Shown: positions 17,620 to 27,723 of the stretch, piece after piece
Numbering within the stretch: the first letter of the stretch is position 1
Layout of the letters: the number at the start of each line of letters is the position of its first letter
Assembly (NCBI GenBank): GCA_023247445.1
Contig: JAHFGL010000007.1
Span: 17,910 to 81,909, forward strand
Length of the DNA: 64,000 bases
Direction: 5' to 3'
DNA from: Candidatus Omnitrophota bacterium
GTDB lineage: Bacteria > Omnitrophota > Gorgyraeia > Zapsychrales > Zapsychraceae
Position numbers and translations under genes: made by a program
The notes under the pieces: generated by a model
The model's input: the letters and a program-made list of their open reading frames with translations, nothing else
The model's database searches: none
Told to the model about the DNA's origin: nothing

Positions 17620-18966
17620 TTATTTTTCAACGATCCCTGTGACATCCTGCACAATGCCTTCAATGCCCACAACATCTCCATGGGCATCATAAATATAAGC
17701 CCCACTGGCACACAATGCAATCGGGGCCGTTCGTTTCCCTTTATATGTAAAAATAAAATTATTAAGCTCTCCTTTATTTTTCATCACTTCTAGTAAAGTA
17801 TTTTGCTTGGTATCAGAATCTATGAATTCATGATTAATGTTTAAACCTACAATGTCTGTTTTAGTGCTATAACCCAAAAGGGTGCTTAGGGTATGGTTTG
17901 CGTATATGAGTTTTCCTGTTAAATCGGCGATAAAAACTCCGCCTTTAAGTGTGTCGACTAAACGCCGATATGAAACAGATGATTCATCTTTAAAAAATTT
18001 GGCTTCATTATTTATTTTAGGAGAAACAGCAGGCTTAAAATCAGTGACAGAAGAAACCGAAGCCTTCCTTACCCCCGCAGGGGAACTGGAAAACAATTTG
18101 TCTGTCGTCACACGTTTAACACTCGACCACGCCACATTAAACGATTTTTGCAACGGCTGTGGTGTTTTATGAATATAACTCAGAAATTTCCAGGTGAGAA
18201 AGCACGCCAGTAAAAACAGATAAAGATATATTGTTTGAGTGAAGAATTTTCCACGTGAAGATAAAAATGGCACTTTCTCTTGGCTGTTAGAAGAAGCCCC
18301 AGCTACGGTCGGTGGGAGCACTTGTGTAGGGGGAGCCGCTTTGGCCCCTTGTGTTTTTTGTAAACTATCTATTGGCGCTTCTTGAAACTGCCTTTTATTT
18401 TGTGGCTCTTCTTGGATAACATCATTTACTTTTAAATGACCCTCCTCATCATATTCCTGATATGTACCGCTGGGTCTGTCATCCTTAAAAAACATCTGAA
18501 CCTGTCGCACGCCACTGGGATAAAATATTTCAACCATCCCATTCCGCACATCATTTTTATAATTAATTTTCGTATAAAGAGTCCCGTCTTCAAAGTATTC
18601 CTGGTAAACACCATTAAGTTTTCCATCCGAATAAGTGGCCTCAACTTTCTTCTCTCCAGTGAAAAGATATTCCCGATAAATGCCCTCTTGTTTCCCTTGA
18701 TGAAAATCAACCTCCCGAAATAACTGATTATTTTCATAATATTCTTTATATGGTCCTTCTAATTTTTCATTTTTATAAATCCCCTCACTCTTTACTATCC
18801 CATTTAAGTAGTATTCCTTTCTTAAAAGCATATCGTTCTCGGCATTATGTCCCCATTGCACTTTAAGCTCGCCATTTGGATAGTATTCATCGGAAGGAAC
18901 TTCGGCCTTGCCCTCAAGGCAGAAAAACACTGTCAGCAAAATCAACACTAAAATACTTTTTTTCAT
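17620..18966 (-). CDS. Signal-peptide / MORN-repeat (YwqK-like) ectodomain - Pro-rich linker - TM - cytoplasmic PAS domain protein
   Basis: MKKSILVLILLTVFFCLEGKA signal peptide. It is followed by at least five YxxGxxxG MORN-variant repeats, a hydrophobic segment (IYLYLFLLACFLTWKFL) and a C-terminal PAS fold (...GVFIADLTGKLIYANHTLSTLLGY...IVQDVTG). Confidence 0.75.
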   Translation of the reverse strand: MKKSILVLILLTVFFCLEGKAEVPSDEYYPNGELKVQWGHNAENDMLLRKEYYLNGIVKSEGIYKNEKLEGPYKEYYENNQLFREVDFHQGKQEGIYREYLFTGEKKVEATYSDGKLNGVYQEYFEDGTLYTKINYKNDVRNGMVEIFYPSGVRQVQMFFKDDRPSGTYQEYDEEGHLKVNDVIQEEPQNKRQFQEAPIDSLQKTQGAKAAPPTQVLPPTVAGASSNSQEKVPFLSSRGKFFTQTIYLYLFLLACFLTWKFLSYIHKTPQPLQKSFNVAWSSVKRVTTDKLFSSSPAGVRKASVSSVTDFKPAVSPKINNEAKFFKDESSVSYRRLVDTLKGGVFIADLTGKLIYANHTLSTLLGYSTKTDIVGLNINHEFIDSDTKQNTLLEVMKNKGELNNFIFTYKGKRTAPIALCASGAYIYDAHGDVVGIEGIVQDVTGIVEK

Positions 18967-19004
18967 ATAATGTCCTTTGCTTTCGAGGTATAGAACATTC
19001 TTAT

Positions 19005-19034
19005 CTTAAAGCAAAATTACGCATTCGGCTGCGT
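19005..19034 (-). terminator. Weak intrinsic terminator candidate after trpF
   Basis: mRNA sense reads ACGCAgccgaaUGCGU followed by aauuuugcuuu. The stem is only 5 bp. Confidence 0.3.
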
Positions 19035-19048
19035 GTAAAACTTTCCCT

Positions 19049-19663
19049 TTAAAGCGTTGTAACTTTTTGAAGGAAAGATTTCATAATCTGATGATCTTTA
19101 ATCCCTGGAGACTTTTCAACACCGCTTGAGACATCAACGGCATACGGATTGACAACGGTGATCGCCTCTTGGACGTTCTCTGGCGTTAATCCGCCGGAAA
19201 GAATAATAGGTTTTTCAAATTTCCTGCCTTGTAATAGATTCCAATTAAAGGCCTTGCCCGTTCCGCCAAAGTTTTTTTCTTGATACGTATCAAACAAAAA
19301 CGCATCGACCTTATACTTTAATACGGAATCGACGTTAAATAAATCATCCACGCGAAAGGCTTTGATGATTTTATATTCTTTAAGACGTTTAAAATAACTG
19401 GGCTCTTCGTCGCCGTGAAACTGAGCTGTCGTAATATGCGTAAAGCGGCAAATATCTTTTACTGCTCGTTCGTTTTGATTAACGAACACTCCAACCGGTG
19501 TGACAAACGGCGGCAAGGCCTCAATAATCTTTCGCGCCTGACTTGGCGAGACATATCGCGGGCTCTTTTTATAAAAAACAAACCCAATCGCCCATGCGCC
19601 GGCATAAACAGCCTTCATCGCATCATCTTGATTCGTTATCCCGCAAATCTTAGCTTTTACCAT
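19049..19663 (-). CDS. trpF: Phosphoribosylanthranilate isomerase
   Basis: MVKAKICGIT... with the TIM-barrel PRAI signature. 204 aa. Confidence 0.9.
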   Translation of the reverse strand: MVKAKICGITNQDDAMKAVYAGAWAIGFVFYKKSPRYVSPSQARKIIEALPPFVTPVGVFVNQNERAVKDICRFTHITTAQFHGDEEPSYFKRLKEYKIIKAFRVDDLFNVDSVLKYKVDAFLFDTYQEKNFGGTGKAFNWNLLQGRKFEKPIILSGGLTPENVQEAITVVNPYAVDVSSGVEKSPGIKDHQIMKSFLQKVTTL

Positions 19664-20441
19664 ACATCACTTCCTTTATTTTATTGGCAATATTGTTTTC
19701 CCGCATAAATGTTTCGCCGATCAAAACCGCATGGGCCCCCATCGCTTGAAATTTGGCAACATCTTTGTGAGATTGGATTCCGCTTTCAACAACAATCACT
19801 TTATCTTTAGGGATTTGAGCAATCAATTGTTCTGACGTTTTTAGATCAACGTTAAATGTCACCAAATCTCGATTATTAATCCCGATAATTTCCGCGCCAA
19901 TATCCAAGGCCCGTTTTAATTCATCTTTGGTATGAACTTCCACCAGACAATCCAAATCAAGATTTGTAGCAACCCTCATCAGCCTTTTTAACTCTTCATC
20001 TTTTAAAATAGCCACAATTAAAAGAATCGCGCTGGCGCCATTAAATCGAGCTTCGTAAATTTGTCCCTCATCAATAAAAAAATCCTTGGCCAAAACCGGG
20101 ACCGCAAAATTATCACTAACCTTCTTAACATAAATCGGTTTTCCTAAGAAATGTTTTTCTTCCGTTAAAACCGAAATCGCCGCCGCATGATTCTCAACAT
20201 AAATCTTGGCAATCTCCAAGATGTCAAACTCTTCGCGTAGCATTCCCTTAGAAGGTGATGCCTTTTTGATTTCAGCGATTAAATTAATTTGTCCTGGCTT
20301 GGTAATTTGTCGTTTAAACAGATGATAGGACGTGTATTTATCTTTCGAAAGTTTCTCTTTAATTGAGGATAGATAATGATGTCGTTCGTGAAGAAGTTTT
20401 TTCTTTTCTTCGATGATGGCGTGGAGAAAGTCGGCTTTCAT
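19650..20441 (-). CDS. trpC: Indole-3-glycerol phosphate synthase
   Basis: 263 aa. IAEIKKASPSKG, NNRDL and LVVESGI motifs. Confidence 0.9.
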   Translation of the reverse strand: MKADFLHAIIEEKKKLLHERHHYLSSIKEKLSKDKYTSYHLFKRQITKPGQINLIAEIKKASPSKGMLREEFDILEIAKIYVENHAAAISVLTEEKHFLGKPIYVKKVSDNFAVPVLAKDFFIDEGQIYEARFNGASAILLIVAILKDEELKRLMRVATNLDLDCLVEVHTKDELKRALDIGAEIIGINNRDLVTFNVDLKTSEQLIAQIPKDKVIVVESGIQSHKDVAKFQAMGAHAVLIGETFMRENNIANKIKEVMYGKS

Positions 20442-21481
20442 TGGACTCTTCTCGTAAAGGCTTTAAGCTCATCTAACTTCTTTAAGGCTTTTCCTGAATC
20501 AATAGAGTGCTCGGCTAATTTAATCCCTTCAGCAATTTTCTTAACTTTACCATCGATATATAGCGCATACGCAGCATTTAAAACAACGATGTCGCGTTTG
20601 GGACCCTTATCCCCGCTTAAGATATCGATAAAAATTTGTAAATTGGCTGGCAGATCTCCGCCTTCTAAATCTTTGGGCTGGGCTAAAGAAAAACCCAATT
20701 CTTCCGGGCCGATATCATACGAAATAATTTCGCGACCATTATATTCACAAATAAAAGTTTGACCAGTTGTGGTTATCTCATCTAAACCATCACTACCATG
20801 AACGACGACCGCACGTTTAAGTCCTAAATTTTTAAGGACATGGGCTAAAGGTTCAATCAAGTCGCGATTATAAACGCCCATGACTTGATGGGTCGCTTTA
20901 GCAGGATTGGTTAATGGGCCTAAAATATTAAAAATTGTATCGACGCCCAACTCTTTACGAACCGCGGCGACATTCTTCATCGCTGGGTGAAGCTTCTGCG
21001 CAAATAAAAAAGCGATGCCCACTTGATCCAGACATTCACTTAAATGTTCTTCTTCAACATTAAGATTAACACCTAAGGCTTCTAAAAGATCAGCGCTGCC
21101 GCATTTGCTAGAGATAGATCGATTGCCATGTTTGGCGACAATAACACCCGCGCCCGCGACAACAAAAGCCGAGATGGTCGAGATGTTAAACGTGTGCTTT
21201 CTATCGCCGCCCGTGCCGCAGGTGTCCAAAACATTTTTGTGTTTGGTCTTAATCCCAACGACAAACTTACGCATGATCTTCGCCGCTCCGGTGATCTCAT
21301 CAACCGTTGCCCCCTTGGCACGTAGCGCTAAAAGGATGGTGGCGATCTGCTCGTTGGCCAATTCACCCGACATGATTTGACGCATCACATCCTGAATTTC
21401 TTCTTGCGAAAGATTTTCGCGTTGCTGCAATTTGTGGATGTAGGAACTGAGGTTCGTCATAACGATAAAAACCTTAATCAA
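20438..21481 (-). CDS. trpD: Anthranilate phosphoribosyltransferase
   Basis: 347 aa. GTGGD and KHGNRS motifs. The ATGA start/stop overlap with trpC indicates coupling. Confidence 0.93.
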   Translation of the reverse strand: MIKVFIVMTNLSSYIHKLQQRENLSQEEIQDVMRQIMSGELANEQIATILLALRAKGATVDEITGAAKIMRKFVVGIKTKHKNVLDTCGTGGDRKHTFNISTISAFVVAGAGVIVAKHGNRSISSKCGSADLLEALGVNLNVEEEHLSECLDQVGIAFLFAQKLHPAMKNVAAVRKELGVDTIFNILGPLTNPAKATHQVMGVYNRDLIEPLAHVLKNLGLKRAVVVHGSDGLDEITTTGQTFICEYNGREIISYDIGPEELGFSLAQPKDLEGGDLPANLQIFIDILSGDKGPKRDIVVLNAAYALYIDGKVKKIAEGIKLAEHSIDSGKALKKLDELKAFTRRVQ

Positions 21482-21484
21482 AAA

Positions 21485-22051
21485 TCATTTTAAGGAAAGA
21501 AAATTCTTAAGCAGGTTCTTTCCTGCTTTCGTCAAAATAGATTCGGGATGAAACTGGACACCCCATAAGGCAAGTTCTTTATGGCGCACACCCATAATTT
21601 CATCATCTTCACTCTTAGCGGTGACTTCTAAACAATTCGGTAACGTCTTTGGATCAATGACGAGGGAATGATATCGTGTGGCTTCAAAAGGATTTTCAAG
21701 ATTTTTAAATAAATCAGTGTTGTGGTGTTTGATCATCGAAGTCTTGCCATGCATCAGCTTTTTGGCAGAAATTATTTTTCCACCATACGCATAACCAATC
21801 GCTTGATGCCCCAAACAAACGCCAAGGATAGGAATCTTTCCTGCAAATTCTTTGATGAGCGCGACGGAAATTCCCGCATCTTCAGGACGTCCTGGTCCGG
21901 GAGAAATCACAATCCGCTCTGGATTCATTTTTTTTATTTGATCAATCGTAAGCGCATCATTTCGATAAACGTCCAGCTCCGCCCCTAGTTCACCAAAATA
22001 CTGAACTAAGTTGTACGTAAACGAATCGTAATTGTCGATCATGAGGATCAT
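21485..22051 (-). CDS. trpG: Anthranilate synthase component II / aminodeoxychorismate synthase glutamine amidotransferase
   Basis: 188 aa class I GATase with the catalytic triad (GVCLGHQ, HPES). No trpE is adjacent. Confidence 0.88.
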   Translation of the reverse strand: MILMIDNYDSFTYNLVQYFGELGAELDVYRNDALTIDQIKKMNPERIVISPGPGRPEDAGISVALIKEFAGKIPILGVCLGHQAIGYAYGGKIISAKKLMHGKTSMIKHHNTDLFKNLENPFEATRYHSLVIDPKTLPNCLEVTAKSEDDEIMGVRHKELALWGVQFHPESILTKAGKNLLKNFLSLK

Positions 22052-22079
22052 AATAATTTATTTTAGCTTTAATCTATTC

Positions 22080-22709
22080 TTATGGAACTATTGCCAAAAT
22101 TTCCTTCTGTTGCTTCAAAATTGCTCTTTTAAAAACCCTGGATAAGGCTTTATTTTCATCTAAATACCATTGTTGGAATAATACCAAAGGTGTCATAAAA
22201 GGCCATCCCCCAGTTACTCTCATTAATTTAACTTTCAAAGGAATCAAAACACTTTTCTTTTCAGTCCCTGAAGCCAAATTAAATTCTAAATTATACTCAT
22301 AGGATCTCGCACGACTATGCAAGATACCAAAACTCCCATAGCCAGGAGTCCTGTCAACCATTTGAGAAAATACCTGGGCTACTTCTACTAGGATATCTTC
22401 GAATTTATCTCTAGGATAAGTTAAAATTAAGTCTGGATCTTTTTTAAAATTTTCTAAAAAATCTACTTTAGCAAATAAATGTGTCTTCTGTAAAATATCA
22501 ATCAACTCTTCAGATGAACCAGAATCACTTCTATCCACACCTACAGATAAATCTTGCAATCGTACTCTTCCTGCACTGGAAATATTTTCATTTACTTTCG
22601 GTATTTCTATAAAGGAGGCCTTATAATAGTCCTTAACTAGGTAAGAACAACCTGAAAAAATTAAAAAACAAAATAAAACTGGTAGCTTAATAACATTTTT
22701 AAAAAGCAT
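22080..22709 (-). CDS. Hypothetical lipoprotein
   Basis: Start placed at the internal Met (MLFKNVIKLPVLFCFLIFSGC, lipobox FSGC), which removes the overlap with murA. No family recognised. Confidence 0.5.
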   Translation of the reverse strand: MLFKNVIKLPVLFCFLIFSGCSYLVKDYYKASFIEIPKVNENISSAGRVRLQDLSVGVDRSDSGSSEELIDILQKTHLFAKVDFLENFKKDPDLILTYPRDKFEDILVEVAQVFSQMVDRTPGYGSFGILHSRARSYEYNLEFNLASGTEKKSVLIPLKVKLMRVTGGWPFMTPLVLFQQWYLDENKALSRVFKRAILKQQKEILAIVP

Positions 22710-22719
22710 ATAAATAGAT

Positions 22720-23982
22720 TTACTCTTTTTCTCTACGAATCTTTGCTCCAAGCATTGAGAGTTTTTGGTCCAAATTTTCATAACCACGTTCCAAATGATA
22801 AATACGATGAATCTCCGTCTTACCTTTGGCCGCAAGCCCCGCAATAACTAGCGCTGCTGAGGCGCGTAAATCTGAGGCCATAACTGGCGCCCCTTTTAAA
22901 ACGGGAATCCCTTGAACAATCGAGCACATTCCTTCTCGACGGATATTAGCTCCCATACGATTAAGTTCAGCAATGTGAATAAAACGATCTGGATAAACTT
23001 TATCGGTAATAATACTCACGCCAGGCGTGACCGCCATGAGCGCCATAAATTGCGCTTGAAGATCCGTTGGAAATCCTGGGTAAGGATAAGTATTCACACT
23101 AACCGGCTGCAGTCCGCCCTTAACCTTAACTTTCACGTTATTACCATCGCTAATGACATTAACACCCGCTTGTTCCAAAACATCGGTTAACGCCATCAAA
23201 TGCTGATAACAACCATTGACGATTGTAATATTACTTCTAGTCATCGCCGCAAGCAAAATGTACGTTCCAGCTTCGATGCGATCATGAATAATTTCATAGC
23301 TAACCCCGTGCAATGATTTGACACCGGTAATGCGGATGCGAGGCGTACCTTTGCCTTCGATCTTGGCCCCCATCGCAATCAAACAGTTCGTTAAATCTTC
23401 AATCTCTGGTTCACACGCAGCCGATTCAATGATCGTTTCACCCTCGGCCAAGACAGCGGCCATCATGACATTCGCCGTCGCCAGAACCGATGATCCAAAA
23501 ACGCCGCCTAAATAAATATGCGCGCCTTTTAAACCTTTGGTCGTCGCCAAAACATATCCGCCATCGACTTCCAATTTCGCGCCTAGCGCCTTAATCCCTT
23601 TTAAGTGAAGATCAACCGGACGAACACCAATGACACATCCGCCGGGCAAGGAAACTTTTGCTTTCTTTAATTTTCCAAGAAGCGGTCCTAAAACGCAAAA
23701 TGATCCGCGCATCGTTGATACTAATTTATAGTCGGCAATATAATTAATTTCGCCTTTGGTTAAAATCGTGACTTTGTCATCAATCACATCAACCGTTTTA
23801 CCAAGCGAGCGAAGAAGCTTTAGCATCGTTGATGTGTCGCGTAATTTCGGAACGTTACGAATCACGCATGGCTCATCGGTTAAAAGCATCGCCGCTAAGA
23901 TTGGCAGCGCCGCATTTTTTGAGCCACTGACTTTTACTTCACCTTTTAAAGGAAATCCGCCTTCGATCACTAACTTTTCCAT
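22720..23982 (-). CDS. murA: UDP-N-acetylglucosamine 1-carboxyvinyltransferase
   Basis: 420 aa. MEKLVIEGG..LKGEVKVSGSKNAALPIL and the EPSP-synthase fold signature. Confidence 0.95.
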   Translation of the reverse strand: MEKLVIEGGFPLKGEVKVSGSKNAALPILAAMLLTDEPCVIRNVPKLRDTSTMLKLLRSLGKTVDVIDDKVTILTKGEINYIADYKLVSTMRGSFCVLGPLLGKLKKAKVSLPGGCVIGVRPVDLHLKGIKALGAKLEVDGGYVLATTKGLKGAHIYLGGVFGSSVLATANVMMAAVLAEGETIIESAACEPEIEDLTNCLIAMGAKIEGKGTPRIRITGVKSLHGVSYEIIHDRIEAGTYILLAAMTRSNITIVNGCYQHLMALTDVLEQAGVNVISDGNNVKVKVKGGLQPVSVNTYPYPGFPTDLQAQFMALMAVTPGVSIITDKVYPDRFIHIAELNRMGANIRREGMCSIVQGIPVLKGAPVMASDLRASAALVIAGLAAKGKTEIHRIYHLERGYENLDQKLSMLGAKIRREKE

Positions 23983-23994
23983 GAAACTCCTTTT

Positions 23995-24063
23995 TTGCCA
24001 TCCCCGCGAAAACGGGGATCAAGAAATAATAATCTTAGATTCCCACTTTCGTGGGAATGACAG
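23995..24063. repeat. REP-like composite palindromic element, copy 2 (two hairpins: ATCCCCG-cgaaaa-CGGGGAT and ATTCCCAC-tttc-GTGGGAAT)
   Basis: It sits in the murA-prmC junction. Its reverse complement aligns along its length with the element at 60277..60349 (GTCATTCCC..GAAAGTGGGAA...GGATCCCC..TTTCG.GGGGATGGCAA). Confidence 0.6.
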
Positions 24064-24835
24064 ACTTATTAGCCCAAACAATTCGATTGATATCTCGATA
24101 ATCTTTCACGAACGTAATATTTTCATAATTATTACTGGCCGTCAACAATTCCATTAGATTTTTATCCTGACCATCACCTATCTCCATAAAAATAAATCCT
24201 CCACCCTGCAAATGCCGATGAGCATGCATAGCAATGGCGCGATAAAAATCTAAACCATCGATTCCTCCATCGAGCGCGAGCGATGGTTCCTGCTGAACAT
24301 CTTTGGGCAACGTCGACAATTGATTAGTTGGAATATACGGTGGATTGGAAATGATGACATCAAATTTTTCTGGATTCGCCTCTTGCAAATAATCACGCAT
24401 ATCTCGATTAACAAACTTAATTTTATCTAAAGCGTTATGTTCTTTTGCATTTTTCTTGGCCAAATCTAAAGCGTCGATTGAAATATCAACGGTTTGGACA
24501 AAACAGTTTGGGATATTTTTCGCGATCGAAATGGCGATGTTTCCAGAACCGGTACCTAAATCTAAAACCTTAACAGGTCGATTCAAAGATAACGTTTTAA
24601 TTTTTTGAATAACTAAATCGGTGAGAATTTCTGTCTCTGGACGGGGAATAAGGACGCGGCTATCAACGAACAATTTCAATCCCATAAACTCACAATGACC
24701 AATAACATATTGCAAAGGTTCCCCCGCCGCGTACGCACGCTTCATCTCATCAAATCTCATTTGTTGATCTGGCGTCAGTGGCTTTGGGTTGACCAAAAGA
24801 TCAATCCGCTCACAATCTAGAATCGAAGTTAGCAT
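24035..24835 (-). CDS. prmC: Release factor glutamine N5-methyltransferase PrmC (HemK)
   Basis: NPPY catalytic motif and SAM-binding VLDLGTGSGNIAIS. Start taken at the internal Met 24835 to avoid a 47-nt overlap with prfA. The C-terminal 7 aa are encoded by the hairpin repeat. Confidence 0.83.
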   Translation of the reverse strand: MLTSILDCERIDLLVNPKPLTPDQQMRFDEMKRAYAAGEPLQYVIGHCEFMGLKLFVDSRVLIPRPETEILTDLVIQKIKTLSLNRPVKVLDLGTGSGNIAISIAKNIPNCFVQTVDISIDALDLAKKNAKEHNALDKIKFVNRDMRDYLQEANPEKFDVIISNPPYIPTNQLSTLPKDVQQEPSLALDGGIDGLDFYRAIAMHAHRHLQGGGFIFMEIGDGQDKNLMELLTASNNYENITFVKDYRDINRIVWANKSVIPTKVGI

Positions 24836-24845
24836 GCTTTCAGTT

Positions 24846-25916
24846 TCATTCACTTTTAAAAGCCTCCGCTTCCTCTGCTTTAATAAGCGCATCAGTTAAC
24901 TCATCCATATCACCATCTAAAACCGAGGGAAGTTGATGTGTGGTAAAACCAATACGATGGTCGGTCACGCGCCGGTCAGGAAAATTATAGGTTCGAATTT
25001 TTTCGCTGCGATCGCCGGTTCCAATTTTTGCTTTACGATCCTTAGAGGTCTTCTCAAAATTTTCTTGTTGGATTTTGTCCATGATACGCGCGCGCAAAAC
25101 CCGCATTGCCTTCATTTTATTTTTTAACTGAGATCGTTCATCTTGACAAGCCACGATGACTCCCGTTGGCATATGCGTGATACGAACAGCTGAGTCCGTC
25201 GTATTAACACTCTGGCCGCCGGGACCGGAGGACCGATAGACATCGATCTTTAAATCAGCTGGATTAATATTTACTTCCACTTCTTCGGGCTCAACTAAAA
25301 CGGCGACTGTCGCCGCCGAGGTATGAATGCGTCCTGATTGTTCTGTGGCCGGTACACGTTGCACGCGATGCGCGCCACTTTCCCACTTCAGTCTTTTTTC
25401 GACCCCATCCCCGCTAATACTAAAAACAACTTCTTTAAATCCGCCGGTGTCTGAAACCGAGACGCTCATCAGCTCCACCTTCCATCCCATTTTATCAGCG
25501 TAGCGCGTATACATCCGATAAAGATCCCCGGCAAAAAGACCCGCTTCTTCTCCACCTGTTCCAGCGCGGATTTCCATAATAAGCGCGCGATTTTTTTCTT
25601 TTTCTTTGGGATTAGCTAAATCATCGAGCTTTTGATAAAAATCTTTTTCTTTTATCTTTAGATCTTCAACTTCAAATTTCATCATCTTTTCAAATTCAGA
25701 ATCATGCTTTTCCTGAAGAAGGACTTTAAGATCTTCAATTTGCTTTTTGATATTATTGTATTCACGGTAGGTTTGAAGTAGCGGCGTTAGGTCAGAATAT
25801 TCCTTGGCGAGCTTCTGATACTGTCCTTGGTTGGACATAGTCTCTGAATCCGCCAAGAGTTTTTCCAGCTCCAAAAAGCGAGCTTCCTGCTTTTCTAATT
25901 TTTCAAAGTTAATCAT
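24846..25916 (-). CDS. prfA: Peptide chain release factor 1
   Basis: GGQ motif (SGPGGQSVNTT) and the PxT-equivalent stop-codon recognition region. Start taken at MINFEKLEKQ. Confidence 0.93.
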   Translation of the reverse strand: MINFEKLEKQEARFLELEKLLADSETMSNQGQYQKLAKEYSDLTPLLQTYREYNNIKKQIEDLKVLLQEKHDSEFEKMMKFEVEDLKIKEKDFYQKLDDLANPKEKEKNRALIMEIRAGTGGEEAGLFAGDLYRMYTRYADKMGWKVELMSVSVSDTGGFKEVVFSISGDGVEKRLKWESGAHRVQRVPATEQSGRIHTSAATVAVLVEPEEVEVNINPADLKIDVYRSSGPGGQSVNTTDSAVRITHMPTGVIVACQDERSQLKNKMKAMRVLRARIMDKIQQENFEKTSKDRKAKIGTGDRSEKIRTYNFPDRRVTDHRIGFTTHQLPSVLDGDMDELTDALIKAEEAEAFKSE

Positions 25917-26007
25917 TAAATAGGGAAAGGATATTATTGGTTGACGGACGTTAAAATGATTACGCAATTGACTCGCGTAATCATTTTAAGAATCTGTCAA
26001 ACAAAAA

Positions 26008-26211
26008 CTACTTAGATGGTTTATAACGTCGAGAGAAACGTTCGATACGTCCGGCTGTGTCTACAAATCGTTTGTCACCAGTAAAAAATGGATGACATTT
26101 TGAGCAGATTTCTACACGAATATTCTTTCTTGTTGATCGTGTATGAATCACCTCTCCACACGCGCAGGTAATCGTTGTTTCTTCATAGTTGGGGTGAAAA
26201 TTGGCTTTCAT
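26008..26211 (-). CDS. rpmE: 50S ribosomal protein L31 (Zn-ribbon type)
   Basis: 67 aa with CxC...CxxC and the HPFFTG motif. RBS AAAGGAG. Confidence 0.9.
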   Translation of the reverse strand: MKANFHPNYEETTITCACGEVIHTRSTRKNIRVEICSKCHPFFTGDKRFVDTAGRIERFSRRYKPSK

Positions 26212-26290
26212 TGCCTTACTCCTTTAGCTACTTATTTACTTTGATACTAATCATTAATTTAAGAGGTTAACCCTCCTTGACGATTCACCT

Positions 26291-26318
26291 ATTTTATTCA
26301 AAATCCCTTCGAGGTCAA
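26291..26318 (-). promoter_or_regulatory. Sigma70-like promoter for rpmE (TTGACC-N16-TAAAAT) with about 80-nt leader
   Basis: Minus strand reads TTGACC (26318..26313), a 16-nt spacer, then TAAAAT (26296..26291). Confidence 0.4.
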
Positions 26319-26358
26319 GTGTAACTTTCGAATGCCCCAAAAGGGTCAAAATGCCTAA

Positions 26359-27723
26359 CTATTTGTTAAGATTCTCAAGGAATTCTTTATTGGTTTTATA
26401 TTTACCAATACGATCAATTAAGAGCTCCATCGCCTCAGCTGAATTAAGGTCATGGATGGCTTTACGTAACAGCCAAATCCTTTGCAGATCATCTTGCTTG
26501 ACCAATAATTCTTCGTGTCGCGTGTTGGAACGCTTAATATCGATCGCAGGATAGATACGGCGTTGGAAAAGATTTCGATCGAGCTGGAGTTCCATGTTAC
26601 CGGTTCCTTTAAACTCCTCGAAAATAACTTCGTCCATACGACTTCCCGTATCAACGAGCGCGGTGGCGATGATGGTTAAACTTCCACCCTCTTCAACCGC
26701 TCGAGCGGCCCCAAAAAATCGTTTGGGTTTATGAAGCGCGTTGGAATCCACACCACCGGAGAGAATCTTCCCGCTGTGCGGAACAACCGTGTTATATGCA
26801 CGTGCTAAACGCGTAATACTATCAAGCAAAATAACAACATCGCGATTATGCTCAACTAATCGTTTCGCCTTTTCCAAAACAATTTCGGCGATCTGAACGT
26901 GGCGCTCCGCCGGTTCATCAAAGGTTGAGGCAATGACCTCACCCTTAATGCCGCGTTGCATATCCGTAACTTCTTCCGGACGTTCATCAATTAGAAGCAC
27001 AAGCAAAATAACATCAGGATTATTTTGCACGATGGAATTTGATATTTTTTGCAAAAGCACCGTCTTACCACTGTAAGGAGGCGCGACAATTAAGGCACGT
27101 TGACCTTTACCCAGCGGCGTAAAAAGATCCATGACTCGCGTTGAGATCTCATCGCCTTTTGTTTCCAAAATCAAACGATCTTTTGGATAAAGCGGCGTAA
27201 GATTATCAAAGAAGATTTTATCTTTTGATTTTTCCGGATTTTCATAATTGACGGCTTCGACCTTAAGAAGGGCAAAATATTTTTCGCCTTCCTTTGGAGG
27301 TCGAATGTGACCGCTGACCGTGTCTCCTGTCTTTAGATCAAAACGTCTAATCTGCGACGGAGAAACGTAAATGTCATCCGGACAAGGTAGATAATTGTAG
27401 TTGGCGCTACGTAAAAATCCGAAACCTTCAGAAAGAATTTCCAAGGTTCCCTCGCCAAACATTAATCCCGCCTTCTCGGCCTGACCTTGCAGGATTTTAA
27501 AAATCAAATCCTGTTTTTTAATACCACTAACGCCATTGATATCCATGTCTTTGGCTAATTTATTTAGCTCCGACATTTTCATATCCTTGAGTTTCGTGAT
27601 ATTAATCTGGTTTGCTGGATCAGGCATAACATCTTTTTTATGCCCGTTCTTTTCTTTTACTTCGACAGAATTTTCTTCGTCTTCTTCGTTTAAATTTTTC
27701 TCTTTATTAATAGTTTTTGCCAT
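26359..27723 (-). CDS. rho: Transcription termination factor Rho
   Basis: 454 aa with an RNA-binding OB domain, a Walker A GKT and the RecA-like core. The N-terminal 30 aa overlap the coaE 3' end, so an internal start at MPDPANQ is possible. Confidence 0.93.
   Translation of the reverse strand: MAKTINKEKNLNEEDEENSVEVKEKNGHKKDVMPDPANQINITKLKDMKMSELNKLAKDMDINGVSGIKKQDLIFKILQGQAEKAGLMFGEGTLEILSEGFGFLRSANYNYLPCPDDIYVSPSQIRRFDLKTGDTVSGHIRPPKEGEKYFALLKVEAVNYENPEKSKDKIFFDNLTPLYPKDRLILETKGDEISTRVMDLFTPLGKGQRALIVAPPYSGKTVLLQKISNSIVQNNPDVILLVLLIDERPEEVTDMQRGIKGEVIASTFDEPAERHVQIAEIVLEKAKRLVEHNRDVVILLDSITRLARAYNTVVPHSGKILSGGVDSNALHKPKRFFGAARAVEEGGSLTIIATALVDTGSRMDEVIFEEFKGTGNMELQLDRNLFQRRIYPAIDIKRSNTRHEELLVKQDDLQRIWLLRKAIHDLNSAEAMELLIDRIGKYKTNKEFLENLNK

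Noticed and set aside
27690-27723. Rho N-terminal 34-nt overlap with the coaE 3' end
   Set aside because: The long ORF was kept as called. An internal start (MPDPANQ, 27627) is possible but has no clearly better RBS. Not considered biologically notable.
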